Shown here one piece after another: positions 22,730-33,857 of a stretch of DNA of 64,000 bases. The translations under genes were made by a program, and so were the position numbers. How positions within the stretch are numbered: the first letter of the stretch is position 1; each line of letters begins with the position of its first letter. The notes under the pieces were generated by a model. It saw nothing but the letters and a program-made list of their open reading frames with translations, was not told where the DNA came from and searched no databases. Source of the DNA: Lama glama (lineage: Eukaryota); the NCBI GenBank assembly GCA_028534125.1, contig CM052820.1, forward strand, positions 15,004,001 through 15,068,000, read 5' to 3'.

Positions 22730-22951
22730 CTGAGAAAGAGATGCCTGGTGTTAGGTGGGGAGGGCAGGAAGGAACGAGAGCATAGACTGGCCCAGGCAGG
22801 GCAGACAGAAGACACAGAAGAGAAGCAAGAATGTTGGGGGCCCGAGGCAGCGGTGCTGGGGCTGGAGGATGTGGTGGTCAGGAGTGAAGGGCCAGGTTGG
22901 GAGCTCACATCAGATTCCTGGGTGAGCACTTTGCCTTGAACTCCAGCCCAC

Positions 22952-23120
22952 CTGAGTGCACAGCCAACTCTGCTTTGCAGGAGACTTCACCAGCCAGGTT
23001 TCGGGCAGTGCAGGTGTAGACACCTCCGTCCTGGGCCCCCGCGCTGAGCACCACCAGGGAGCACTCATTCTCCTCGTACACGAAGCTCACGTGGTTGCTC
23101 TCTGTCAGCAGCACCTCATC
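22952..23120 (-). CDS. SPEG: SPEG exon 20
   Basis: [13 protein letters not shown]...ELAVHS, 169 nt. Confidence 0.95.
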
Positions 23121-23522
23121 CTGCAGAGGTGGCTGTCACCTCCAGTCCAGGCCTGGCTTCACCTCCACCTGGGACTCAGCTGGAGCTCCATGCCAGAGAC
23201 CCAGTCTCACCCCTACCGCAGGTCCCAGTTATCTCCACCCTAGGGGCCTTGCTCAGACCCAGAATAGGTTCCACCCTTATTTCTCATGAATAGTTCTGCA
23301 ACCCCTCTTCCCACCCTGCCATGGTCCCCTGGTTCCTCAAACCCTTGCCAGTGTCACCAGCACCTCTGGGTCCCACTTCCTCCTCCTAACCACACCTCTG
23401 GTAGCTCCTTTGCTATTCTCTGTCCTGGCTCCCCTGATCCCTCCCACAGCCCCAGGAAATCCCTCCTCCCTTCCCCCTAGGCTCTTGGCCAGCCCCAAGC
23501 TAGGACTCCATCAGCCTCTGAC

Positions 23523-23635
23523 CTTGTACCACATGATGTCCGGCAGTGGTTTCCCCTCAACCACCACAGCAAAGCGAGCAGTTTCTCCAGCCCCTACCTC
23601 CACGTCCTCCATGATGGACTCAAATCGAGGGGCCT
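23523..23635 (-). CDS. SPEG: SPEG exon 19
   Basis: [14 protein letters not shown]...DIMWYK, 113 nt. Confidence 0.95.
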
Positions 23636-25639
23636 CTGAAACACACAGGATTTAGGGTGGGGAAGGGAGGGGGACAGAACGTTGGGGTCACAAGGGCCTG
23701 CCTCCTCAGTCCTTCTCTAAACCCTCCCTAAGCAACTGGCTCAGCCATAACACCAGACAACCCCCCACCTCCCAGAGCCCCAGCATCCCACCCTGGGACT
23801 CTCAGATTCGGCCCCGGGAACATGAGAGTTCCTTGCCTGGACCAAGTGCTCTCTCTACAAATCCAAATGTGATGTTCTCCAAATCTCAGAAAACCCAAGC
23901 CAGGGAATGCAGGCTTGCTTTGTTTGGATCTCAGTATTTTTGCCAGCTTCGAAATTAGGAGATTTTTACACACAAAAGAAATCTGGATTTCCTGCCTCTC
24001 TTGGAAAATCAGGACTGGCTGTCCTGAGCTGCCTCCCTCACTGCATTAATGCGCTGGTGAGGAGTGGCCGGACACTGCCCCCTGTGGGTGGCTGCCCTTC
24101 TGCACAGTCCGACTGCGGGCTTCTCTGACTTTACCTGTCCTGGGCCTTGCAGGTGGCTCAGTCTGTGACCCTGAATCAAGTTCACGGATGGCATTGCCTC
24201 TATCTTGAAGTTTTCTCCCTGAATCTTATTTAAATATTTAAGGGGACTTCTACGATCTGGGAGCTGGCAAGATGAATAACCGGGTACCGATTCTCGGTTT
24301 AGTTCTCCCACATGCGACTGATTTTATTCTCTACACATATCATGCATTTGTGGTATTTCCTGGTAAGGCAGTTTCTAATTCTCATGATGGAATTAAATAC
24401 ATATTCCAACGTGCTTGTGCTTTTCGGAGAAGCCTGTGACGTTCTGGTGCCCTCCCCCAGCATGTTTGAGGATCCTGGCTTTAAGGGGAGTGAGAGAGAT
24501 AGGCCCTCAGGGAAAAGCTGGGCAGGGAGCACCTCATGTCCAAGCACATAGCTCAACTTTTATGCAGATAAAGGGGAAGGTCATCCTGGGAGCAGGGAAG
24601 ATGCATCAGTGGGGCAGGTGTGGAGGAAAGAGGCCATTCTACCTGCCTGTGGGAGAGGGGGTGGGGCACAGCAGGAGGGGGTGCAGATCCAAGCCCCAGG
24701 CCTGCTCTAGCCCTGGCCAGCTGGTCAGGGTTTCCCTCAGTTACTGTCCCAGCCAGGCCCGCTGCAGGGCTCTTGGTGGCCAGGGCCTCCCCAAACCTTG
24801 AGTCTCCTCCTATATCTGGGAAGAAAGATGAGTCCTGGAGGTGGTACTGTCAAGGAGCAAAGTGATGGCTGAGTAGGAAGTGCTGGGGTGGGGTAGGGGG
24901 AAGCTAGGCAAAGGGGAAGACACATAAAAGGGAAACCAGAGGCCCAGATCACCTGCAGCCCCTCCCTACCCACCCTCCACAGAGGGGCCAGTAGGGTCCT
25001 CGTTATCTCCTCCTCACACACTCTACTGCCACCTCTCTTCTAGTTTAAAGCTGCCTGCCCTGCTCTCTAGGAATCTGGTCCTAGTCTGCTGGGGGTGGGG
25101 AGTGGGTGTGGGTGGGGGCAGTGGCAGGGGTCAGTCTATGAAGGTCAAAGGATCAGAAGGTTTTAAGCCAACTTCAATGACTTTTTTTAAAGCACCAGAA
25201 AATGTACATTTACCCCATGATACGATGGCCTGTGTTAACTAAAATGTCACTTCCTTTGCATTTGGTTGGAACCTTATCTACTCAGCAGGTAACACTGTTT
25301 AGCTCATGCTGATCTGAAGTTCTGAGTGGCAGTTACATATGTCTAGAGTTAATTAACAAACCAGAAAACAAGACAATTACTACTTAATGCATGCTACGGC
25401 CTGAGAGACTGTATCTTGAAAGGAGAAATTATTAAAAGGTCCTCACTGCAAAGATGGGGAGGCTCGCCAAAGAGGCTTATGCAAAAAGGCAACAGCCAGG
25501 ATCCCTAGAGCTGAGAGTCTGGTGATAAGATGAGCTCACTTGGGCCTTTTTCTTTTTTAAGTTGACTTGGACCCTCTCCCGGCTTGTTATACTTGAGGTT
25601 CTACTTTCTGTTGTGTTTAACGCAGGAGCTAACAGCATA

Positions 25640-25892
25640 GTCTGGCTTTGGAGTAGGGCACCTAGCCTTGAATCCCAGCTCCTGACTGATTAGGTTATGT
25701 GACCTTGGGCCTATTACTTAGCACAATCTCTGAGCCTCGGTTTCCCCATCTGTAAAATGGGGATAATAACCGACTCCATCTTCCAGGGTTGACAGAAATG
25801 TTAAATGAGGTGATAAATGTAAGCTAATTAGCACTGAGCCTGGCACATACTAGGTGTTCAATAAATATCTTTATTAGTACTATTACTGTTAT
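25640..25892 (+). mobile_element. MIR SINE, near full length
   Basis: Core GTGACCTTGGGC...CTGAGCCTCGGTTTCCCCATCTGTAAAATGGGGATAATAA. Confidence 0.8.
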
Positions 25893-26041
25893 TGTGGCTA
25901 GGACTGGTATTATTGTGGCCATTAAATGGCCCCTGAGAGGGGAGACCTAGGCCTGGCAGGTGGGTGTGTATCCCTGGGGGTATGAGGAGAAGGCTGTGGG
26001 CCTCAGAGGGAGGAGAGGGAAGGAGGCCGGCTGTCACCCAC

Positions 26042-26217
26042 CTGCCAGCTCCAGTGTGACTGAGCAGGCCTGTGTGCCGTGGCGGTTGCGGGCAGTGCAG
26101 GTAAGGGCCCCCATATCCCGGCGGCTCACCCGGCAGATCCGAAGACAGTACTGGTCGTCATCTGGCTGGCTCAGTTCGTACACACCAGCCCGGGCCTCTA
26201 GGAGGGCCCCTCGGCAG
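26042..26217 (-). CDS. SPEG: SPEG exon 18
   Basis: [12 protein letters not shown]...CSVTLELA, 176 nt. Confidence 0.95.
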
Positions 26218-26318
26218 CTAAGGGACACACGACAGGGAGGTCACGCAGGATCCAGACCTGGTCACCTGGAGCTGGGCTGCCTCATGTGAGGCACAGGGCA
26301 TGCAAGGCAGAGCCCCAC

Positions 26319-26442
26319 CTCCTCCAGACGACCTGGGCCTCCACATGGTTGAAGGTGACGGTGACACTGGCAGGCTGTCCCTCCACCACATACACGATGT
26401 CTGGCTTGTCCAGCACGGCGGGTGCCTCCTCCAGGGGCGGGC
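26319..26442 (-). CDS. SPEG: SPEG exon 17
   Basis: [15 protein letters not shown]...AQVVWR, 124 nt. Confidence 0.93.
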
Positions 26443-26845
26443 CTGGGAGGAGGAGGGCTGGCTTTATGCTGGGTTTGACGCCAGATCTTCAGCACCCACT
26501 GCTCTTTGAACCCTCCCAATCACCATGCAAACTCCATTTTTCAGATGACGAAGCTGAGGTTCAGAGGTGTTTAGCAACTTGTCTAGGGGAACACAGCCAG
26601 TAGGCAGCAGAGCTGGGATTGGACCTCCAGCTGGTCTGACTTAGAGCTTCAGCCTTGTCCACTGCATGCGCTATTTCCGGAGTGGGAAGGAAGCACTCTG
26701 ACGAGTAGGGGTCACAGCCAGCCATCCCATTCCCACCGTAGTTTTCATGTCCAAATCAGCCCTGGAATCTCCTCCATGGACACCCAGTTCCCTGGCCTAG
26801 CAGCTCTTGCCCCCACCTCCACCCCACAGGAACCCCCCGACTCAC

Positions 26846-27052
26846 CGTGTTCCAGCAGCTGCACTGGCTCAGAGGGGGACGAGGGCTTGCTGCTGCTCTT
26901 GATGGTGGTGCTGAGGACCCGGAAGATGTGCTGGATCCCTTTACGCAGACCCATGGCCGCCCACCCGGGTTCCCGCAGGCCCGAGGCCAGCGCTGTCCAC
27001 TGGTCCGAGCCCAGCACCTGGTGCTGCACAGTGTAGGTCAGGGCATCTGGGT
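26846..27052 (-). CDS. SPEG: SPEG exon 16
   Basis: [12 protein letters not shown]...PVQLLEH, 207 nt. Confidence 0.95.
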
Positions 27053-27668
27053 CTGGGGGGAAGGCAGCTGCTAGAGATGGGCCTTGCTGGGGTGCCCTCT
27101 GTCCCTATTCAGCTGACTTGGGAACCAGGAACTCATCATCATTCTGCTCTGAGGACCTGCCTCAGCTTCTCCTGTTGCTTCTGCCTGTCCCCCATCTGCT
27201 CCTGCCCAACCACAGGCCTGGCCAGGCTCAGAGCCAATGAGGTGTAAGGTGTGGGGTCCAGTTACAGGCATGGGGGGAGCTTGACTTAATCCCAATTCCT
27301 TGCTGCTACCTGAGGTAGGGAGAAGCACAGAGCAGGAAGAGATGCCCAGGGAAGGAGAGGGGTTTCCCAGGATCACAACCCAAGCACCCACTCCCTTTGA
27401 GAAGAGAAGGGAATGTGGCAGCCTCCACTTTGTCTCCTCTCCTGACCTGGAGCCGGAGCTTCACCCACCATGGAGAAGGGACCAGCAAAGCCCCTCCTGG
27501 CCATGCTCCCAGTGCTCCATCTATTCCCACCCCTCACCTGTATGCCCCTATGCCCCTGTGCCCTGCTGGGCCTTGCTCTCCCTTCCTGCCCACCCTCGGT
27601 TCCCTTGGCTAAGACTGCCCTGTCCACGCCCCCATCCCTACCCACATCCCTGTGTGGTCCAGACCCAC

Positions 27669-27773
27669 CAATGGCCATGTCCAGACTCCTGGGGGGGTTC
27701 CACATGAGTTTGATCATCCTCCCAGTCACAGCCACCACTTGCGGGGCACCATCTGGGGGGCCTGGAACCACAT
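27669..27773 (-). CDS. SPEG: SPEG exon 15 (FnIII start)
   Basis: [12 protein letters not shown]...[11 protein letters not shown], 105 nt. Confidence 0.95.
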
Positions 27774-28015
27774 CTGAAAGCCACACATAGAATGTCTGCT
27801 GGGTTTTAGGGCCCCATGGCCCCGCAGGACCACCAAGCTTTGGGGCAATGGGCTGGGGGCTGGGGACATGGTCATAGGGGCAGAGGCAAGGCCAGATGGC
27901 TCCCCAGGGGACCAAGGGGAAGGGAGCTGGTGTGGAAGCCATTCCCTTGCCCAGCGTGTGGGTAGGCCAGAGGCTGGGCTGTGGATGCACCTGACCAGGA
28001 GGGTACCTGCCTCAC

Positions 28016-28135
28016 CTGTGACATAGAGGTGGGCATAGCAGGCAGCTTTGCCCAGCTTGTTGGCGATGACGCTCTTGTAGACACCGGCATGCTGAGGTCC
28101 CACAGCAGGAAACACTAAGCGATGGACATCCCTGT
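28016..28135 (-). CDS. SPEG: SPEG exon 14
   Basis: [12 protein letters not shown]...YAHLYVT, 120 nt. Confidence 0.95.
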
Positions 28136-30599
28136 CTGGGGGGGAGGGACAATGACATTGTCCTGAGCTAGGGGCATACTCTGGGGGATGGGTCCATGCC
28201 ACCCAGGCCTGGCCATCCACCCCCACTTGCTACAAGGAGCAGAGCAGACACAAGAAGGGTGTCCATCATGCAGCAAACTCTAGGTCCGGGCTGCCAAGTC
28301 CACACCTACAGCCCTGGCCCCTCTTGCCTGTCCCTCTAGCACTTCAGACTCAGTGACTTCTCATCTTCCTCCCATACCAATTCACCCTCTGCAGGTTCCT
28401 ACCCCACTGACTGCCCCTCATCTCCTCATCTCTCAGGGTTCATGACCTCCATGTCCAAATTCTGACAAGACTTTGTGCCCAAGTGCCTTCTTCTCCATCC
28501 CCAAGGCCACTGGCCATGAAAGCTTCCACCAGTGTGGTCTGCATTGCATGTTACCTCTTGATCTGGAAACCTCAATGGCACCTACTGCCAATCAGGTGGC
28601 ATCCAAAGCCTTCGGCCCAAACTCCCACCGAGCCACGTCTCCTGCTATTCCTCCACATTCTGACCCTGACCTGCCATCAGGTCCCTGAACAAGCCACATG
28701 AGTTCCCACTCCAGGTCTTTGCTCACAAAATTCTTCCCTTCTGGAATGTTCTTCTCTTACCTAAGGCTTCCTTTTCCTTCAAGTTGCAGTTCAAGTGAGT
28801 GCCAGTCCTGGGAAGCTTCCTGTCTGTGCCCCTGGTCCCCTCTATACCTCCATCTCTGACTCCCTCCCCAGGACATCCAGCACCCAGCCCAGACTGCTTT
28901 GGGTGGTCCTTCCTTTTTTCTTGCACGCATCATGCCTTCTGCAAGCTCCTTAAAGACAGCTGATTTGTCCTGCCAAGCCCAGAACCTGACGCCTTGCATA
29001 CAGTTAAGTGCCAAGTACATTAGATTATAAATTACAAGAAGAGTTGTCTGCACTATGGCTAGACCATGCCAGATACTTCACATGCATTTTTTTCTCCATA
29101 AGCCTTTCAACAACCCTGCAAAATTATCCTCATTTTACCAGTGAGGTCAGAGACATTAACAGACTTGTCCAAGGTCATACCACTAATAAATGATGATGCT
29201 ACACCCTGAACTTGCTTCCCTCTGACTCTGAAGCTGTCTCCCTACCCTGTGCTCCCTGCATGATGGTAAGGAGGCCATCCCCGGGGGGATGTGAAGGGGA
29301 AGAGACCTGCACTGTCCTCCTTCCTTGACATCAGGGCCATCCCCAAACACCCCTCCCTCCTCTTAGCGATTATCTCTGCATGGAACAATCACTGGTTCAT
29401 TTATCTCTGCTGACACTATTTATACGGGAAGAGAAGCCCAGGGCTGCCACTGACCCCAGATACAGACAGAAGCAGAGACGCCAGCTCAGATCCTGAGACA
29501 GACACCCACCCGGGGCCTCAGGGCAGAATGATAGACAGGAAGCCTGTGGGCTGAGCAAAGACAGCCATGGAAGGGGTTGAGGGGAGGGTCACAGCCACGG
29601 TGGTGACACAGGAGATGGGAGGGGAGAGTGAGGCATGGGCAAAAGGGGACGTCCTGGTCAGGAGGTGGACACCAGAGTCACACCATTCCTGTCTGCCTTT
29701 GGGCAAGTCACTGACCCTCTATAAGCCTCAGTTCCCCAATCTGGAAACAGGGATAATAGCACCTGCCTCACAGGTCTGTGGTGAGGAAGGTGAGATCATC
29801 CCAGTCAGGCCTCAAGCACCCAGGGCCTGGCACTCAGGAAGGGCTTAGTAAAGGTGAGTTTTGTCACACTGCAGCCAGAAGAGGAGCCCATCACAGGTCA
29901 CGGGGTGGCACTGCTGGTGGGGAGGAGGTAGACCTTCTCACAGGAGACTCAGATTCCCTCAAGGGTGGAACTAAGACACTCCGTGAGAAAACATCCTAGG
30001 CTGAGAGGACATGGTCCCAAATACGTTCCTAGGTATTTTCCCCACTCTTTCTTCTTTATTTGCCTTTTACCAACCCCGGACCAAGCATCCATTTGATACC
30101 AGACACTGCCCACACTGGGCTTTTCACTAGAATTTCTCCAGGAGGGTGTGAGCAGCAGCGCTTTATCAACAAGGATGCTGATGGTGGCAACAACCGCGGT
30201 ACCCGTAAGAGTAACACTTATTGACCCCTTGTTATTGGCCAGGCCCTGCCCTAAGTGCTTTCCATGCATTCACTGATTCAATTCTCACCACAAGCCTACC
30301 ACAGATGAGGGAACTGAGGCACAGAGGGGTCCTGTAACTTGCCCGCAGTCAGTAGCAGGCTGTACTGCCCATCCAGTAAATGCTAACAGGCCACCAAGGC
30401 CCAGACTGGTGACCCAGCTGACGGGTGCTGTGTGAGCTCAAGGGCTCAAGGAAGGAGGCAGTGGCCTCATAGCCTCTCTGCGCTCCCCTCTCCCAGGCAC
30501 AATGAAGACTGCAAAGCAAGACCCAAAGGTGGGAGAGGGAACTGCAAGCAAAAAGGGTGCTGGAGGGGACACCCCTAGGGTCCCCTCCTGGACACGTAC

Positions 30600-30823
30600 A
30601 CTGTGTCATGCGCCGGTCATCGCTGCTCTGGATGCGGTGGCCATTGTGGAACCAGGTGATGGTGGGGTAGGGCAGGCCGGTCACTTGGCACTCCAGCATG
30701 GCCTCCTTGGCCAGTCCCACATCCAGGTCCTGCAGTGGCCGCAGGAAGTCAGGCATGGACAGCCGCTCCAGCTCGCCCTGCTCGGGTTCCTCGGGGATGG
30801 ATGGCATCTTCTCCAGCTTCGAG
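30600..30823 (-). CDS. SPEG: SPEG exon 13
   Basis: [14 protein letters not shown]...DDRRMTQ, 224 nt. Confidence 0.95.
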
Positions 30824-30929
30824 CTGGAAGAAGTACACAGCTGCCCAGAGGCCCAGAGCCGCACCTCCCACCACAGGGCCGGGGCACCACAGAAGCACCC
30901 CTGGCAGCCCCAGGGACCCCAGGCAGTAC

Positions 30930-31119
30930 CTAGGGCCAGTGGCCGCCGTCCGCGGCTCCTCCACATAGAGCTGGGCTGAGCAGTGGGCCTGGCCGTGGCT
31001 GTTGGTGGCGCTGACCTCATAGAGCCCTTCGTCCTCGCTGCCCACGTGGGCAATGTGCAGTGAGTGCAGGCCCCCGTCCTGCCGAAGCCGCAAGTTCTCA
31101 CTCTCCTCCACGGGGCGGC
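30930..31119 (-). CDS. SPEG: SPEG exon 12
   Basis: [12 protein letters not shown]...[10 protein letters not shown], 190 nt. Confidence 0.95.
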
Positions 31120-31221
31120 CTGGGCAGGGAGGGGCAGGAGGACAGAGCAGCCTCAGCTGGGGACCCCGCCCTCTGGCCCTTGGGGGGGATCCCCAAACAT
31201 CTACAGGGTGGAGAGCCATAC

Positions 31222-31380
31222 CAAAATGAGCCCAGGTCACAGAGGGGGGCGGGGTGCCGCTGATCTTGCAGTCGAAGCGGGCTGCGCGGCCCTCCAGCAC
31301 CTCCATGTCCTCCAGGAGCCGTGTGAACAGGGGCGCCAGTGAGGGCCGCACCGTCAGCCGGGCACTGCAGGTCAGCTCAT
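31222..31380 (-). CDS. SPEG: SPEG exon 11
   Basis: [13 protein letters not shown]...VTWAHF, 159 nt. Confidence 0.95.
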
Positions 31381-32461
31381 CTGGTGGGGAGGGGTCAGCA
31401 ATGGGGTGGGGAACACCATGCCCCAGGCACCCCAACTCAAGGGTCCTGCTCTCATACTGGGCAGGAAAAAGAAGCTGGGCCAGAAGCCGGAGCCTGGGCA
31501 GAGCCCAGCAACATTCCAGGCACCAGAGCAGGGCGAGATCTAAAGACTGGACCATCTCAGGAGGGTGAGGGTTATCAAGGGTGGGTGGAAGGCTGCCACG
31601 GGGCCTGGGGATATGACATGAGTCCAGGGCCCGGCCTGACTCTCCTCTCCTCATCTCATCCTGCCAAGCTCAGCTCTAAGGCTGAGCTTAGGGCCCACTC
31701 CCTCCCCCACACCCCTTTCCCTGACCCTTAGAACTCTCCTCTGCCCACCCTGGTCATGCCCACACTCCCTCACCCCGACTCCAGACCCAGAGTAAATGCC
31801 CCTTTGCCCCACTTGACCACCCTACAAAGAATCTTCTGGGGGAAATAATGGCCCCTTATGCTGACCTGACTGTTTCTGCTTACAGGGATCACCTTTAGGT
31901 GCCCATCACCACAACTGGGTGAGGCACTATCCCAGCTCTTCAAATGAGGACGGGGCCAGGTCAGAGACGTCATTAATAATGACAATGGCGGAGATTTATT
32001 AGCTGCCACCCTTTGCCAGGTCTGTGCTTTGTTCTGTACATACATTAGTCCTCATTAGTCCCACCCATCCCCCTAGGAGGTAGGTATTATCATGATCCCT
32101 TTTTATAGATGAATAGTCTGAAGCTCAGAGAGATGAAGTGACTTGTCCAAAGTCACATGCTGGTATGTGGCAGGACAAGAACTGGAACCCAAGTCCAGGT
32201 GTGGCTGGTATACTTCAGTAACTGGCTCCGACAGGAAAAACAGCGAACATTCATACAGAACATGCTGAGTCAGGTGCTACTTCAAACGCTGGTGTTATCC
32301 AAGCAAGTGTGCTGCACTATCTCCCACCCCACTGCTCTTCTCCCAGGAGGCAGAGCCCCGTTTTCTCGGCGTCTTATTCTGCACCCAGCTCCTCCACCTC
32401 CACTCCCCTCCCTCCAGTACCTGGGCGCCATGGCAGCCCTCGGGCCCCAGTGGGCAGTTAC

Positions 32462-32722
32462 CTTTGGCCGTGCTGAGCTTGCAGGTGTAGACGCCACTGT
32501 CGTCCTCATGCACAGAGGTGAGGAGCAGCTTGCATTTCCGGCCATCGAAATGCATCTTGCATTTGAGTAGCGCAGGCTGCAGCAGGCGGCCTCGGCACAG
32601 CCAGTCTACCTCCACGTCGGCAGGACCCGCCACCAGGCACTCAAACAGCGCCATCTCCCCGGCCCCCACGTCCACGTCCTGCAGGGGGGCCAGCACGGCC
32701 AGGGACCGGCTTTCAGGGTGTG
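32462..32722 (-). CDS. SPEG: SPEG exon 10 (Ig)
   Basis: [14 protein letters not shown]...[10 protein letters not shown], 261 nt. Confidence 0.95.
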
Positions 32723-33039
32723 CTGGGGGTGGGGAAGCGGCCACAGAGGGCACACATGGAGCAGAGAAACATGGGGCAAGGGAAACACACACACGCACAC
32801 ACAGAGAGACAGACAGACACAGAGAAGAGAGATGCATTTTGTTCCTTTGGAGACAGGGAAAGCCCGCCCACCCAGCAGGCCAAGACAGCAAGGAGCTCCC
32901 AGGCCTGGCTTCAGGATGGCAATCCCACATGGGCCAAAAGGGTGAACTCAGAGGAAGCGGGAGGGAATCAAGGGCATGAATACTGAGAAGGCCACATAAG
33001 GGCAGAGACGGCGGCGGAAAAAAAAAACACAGCACACCA

Positions 33040-33857
33040 GCTGGGTACAAACTGGACTTTATTTGAACTAAGAAACAGGTATTTCCGAGTATTTCCACAC
33101 CCACTGCAGCCGGCCCCTACTCCTGTACCAAGCCTGGCTAACACCCTCATTCCCAGACAGAGCATCCCCAACTCTGACAGTGAACAAGGGAGCCCCAAAC
33201 GGGCCCTAAGCCTGCCCAGGGCCAGGATTCAGCCAGGCCTCCTCAGCACAGGGCCCAGAGGCCTCTGGCTTTTGGTCTCTTGTGAAATAAAGTGTTGTGC
33301 CACTTGAAACCCGTTTCTGGAATGATCAGTGATCTGCCCCCACCAGGAGCCCCCTGTCTACAGCCCCCTGTCCCTCTGGGCCCCTCTGTCCTACAGATGC
33401 CATGCCCTGTCCTCTCCCCCTCTGCCTCACCCCACATCAGCTCAGAGGCATCCTTCCCTGACTGTCACAGACACACAGACAGACAAACGGAAAGACAGAC
33501 AGGGCCTGTAGAAGCAGTAGCACATGCACTCGCTGGGTGCTCCCCTTTGGGGAGAGACTGGGGGGTGGTTTTGATACCCCTCATGGCCGCCCCTTTCTGG
33601 CACTCAGTCCGTGTGGGGGCTCCCAGCCTGCCCAGCCATATGTCCACTTGGGGAGTGAGGGGTCCATGGGGTCTCATGGGCTATCCCAGGACGCTGAATG
33701 GGTAGGGAGGGGAGGGGAGGCTGGGACAGGGTCCGGGCCGGCAGGGTCTGTGGGCAGGAGGCAGTGAAACACAGCGAGGTCCGAGAGGTGCCTGAGACAG
33801 GGGCGCGGCTCGGAGGGTAGCGGCGGGGAGCGCAGGCGGCCCCCTGAGCTCACTCGC
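33040..33857 (-). other. SPEG: Alternative terminal exon (APEG-1/BPEG 3' end)
   Basis: cag|GCGAGTGA, then about 800 nt of UTR to AATAAA; summed APEG-1 mRNA is about 1.4 kb. Confidence 0.85.
33058..33063 (-). terminator. Polyadenylation signal of the APEG-1 terminal exon
   Basis: AATAAA followed by a GU/U-rich downstream element (GGTGTGCTGTGTTTTTTTTTT). Confidence 0.8.
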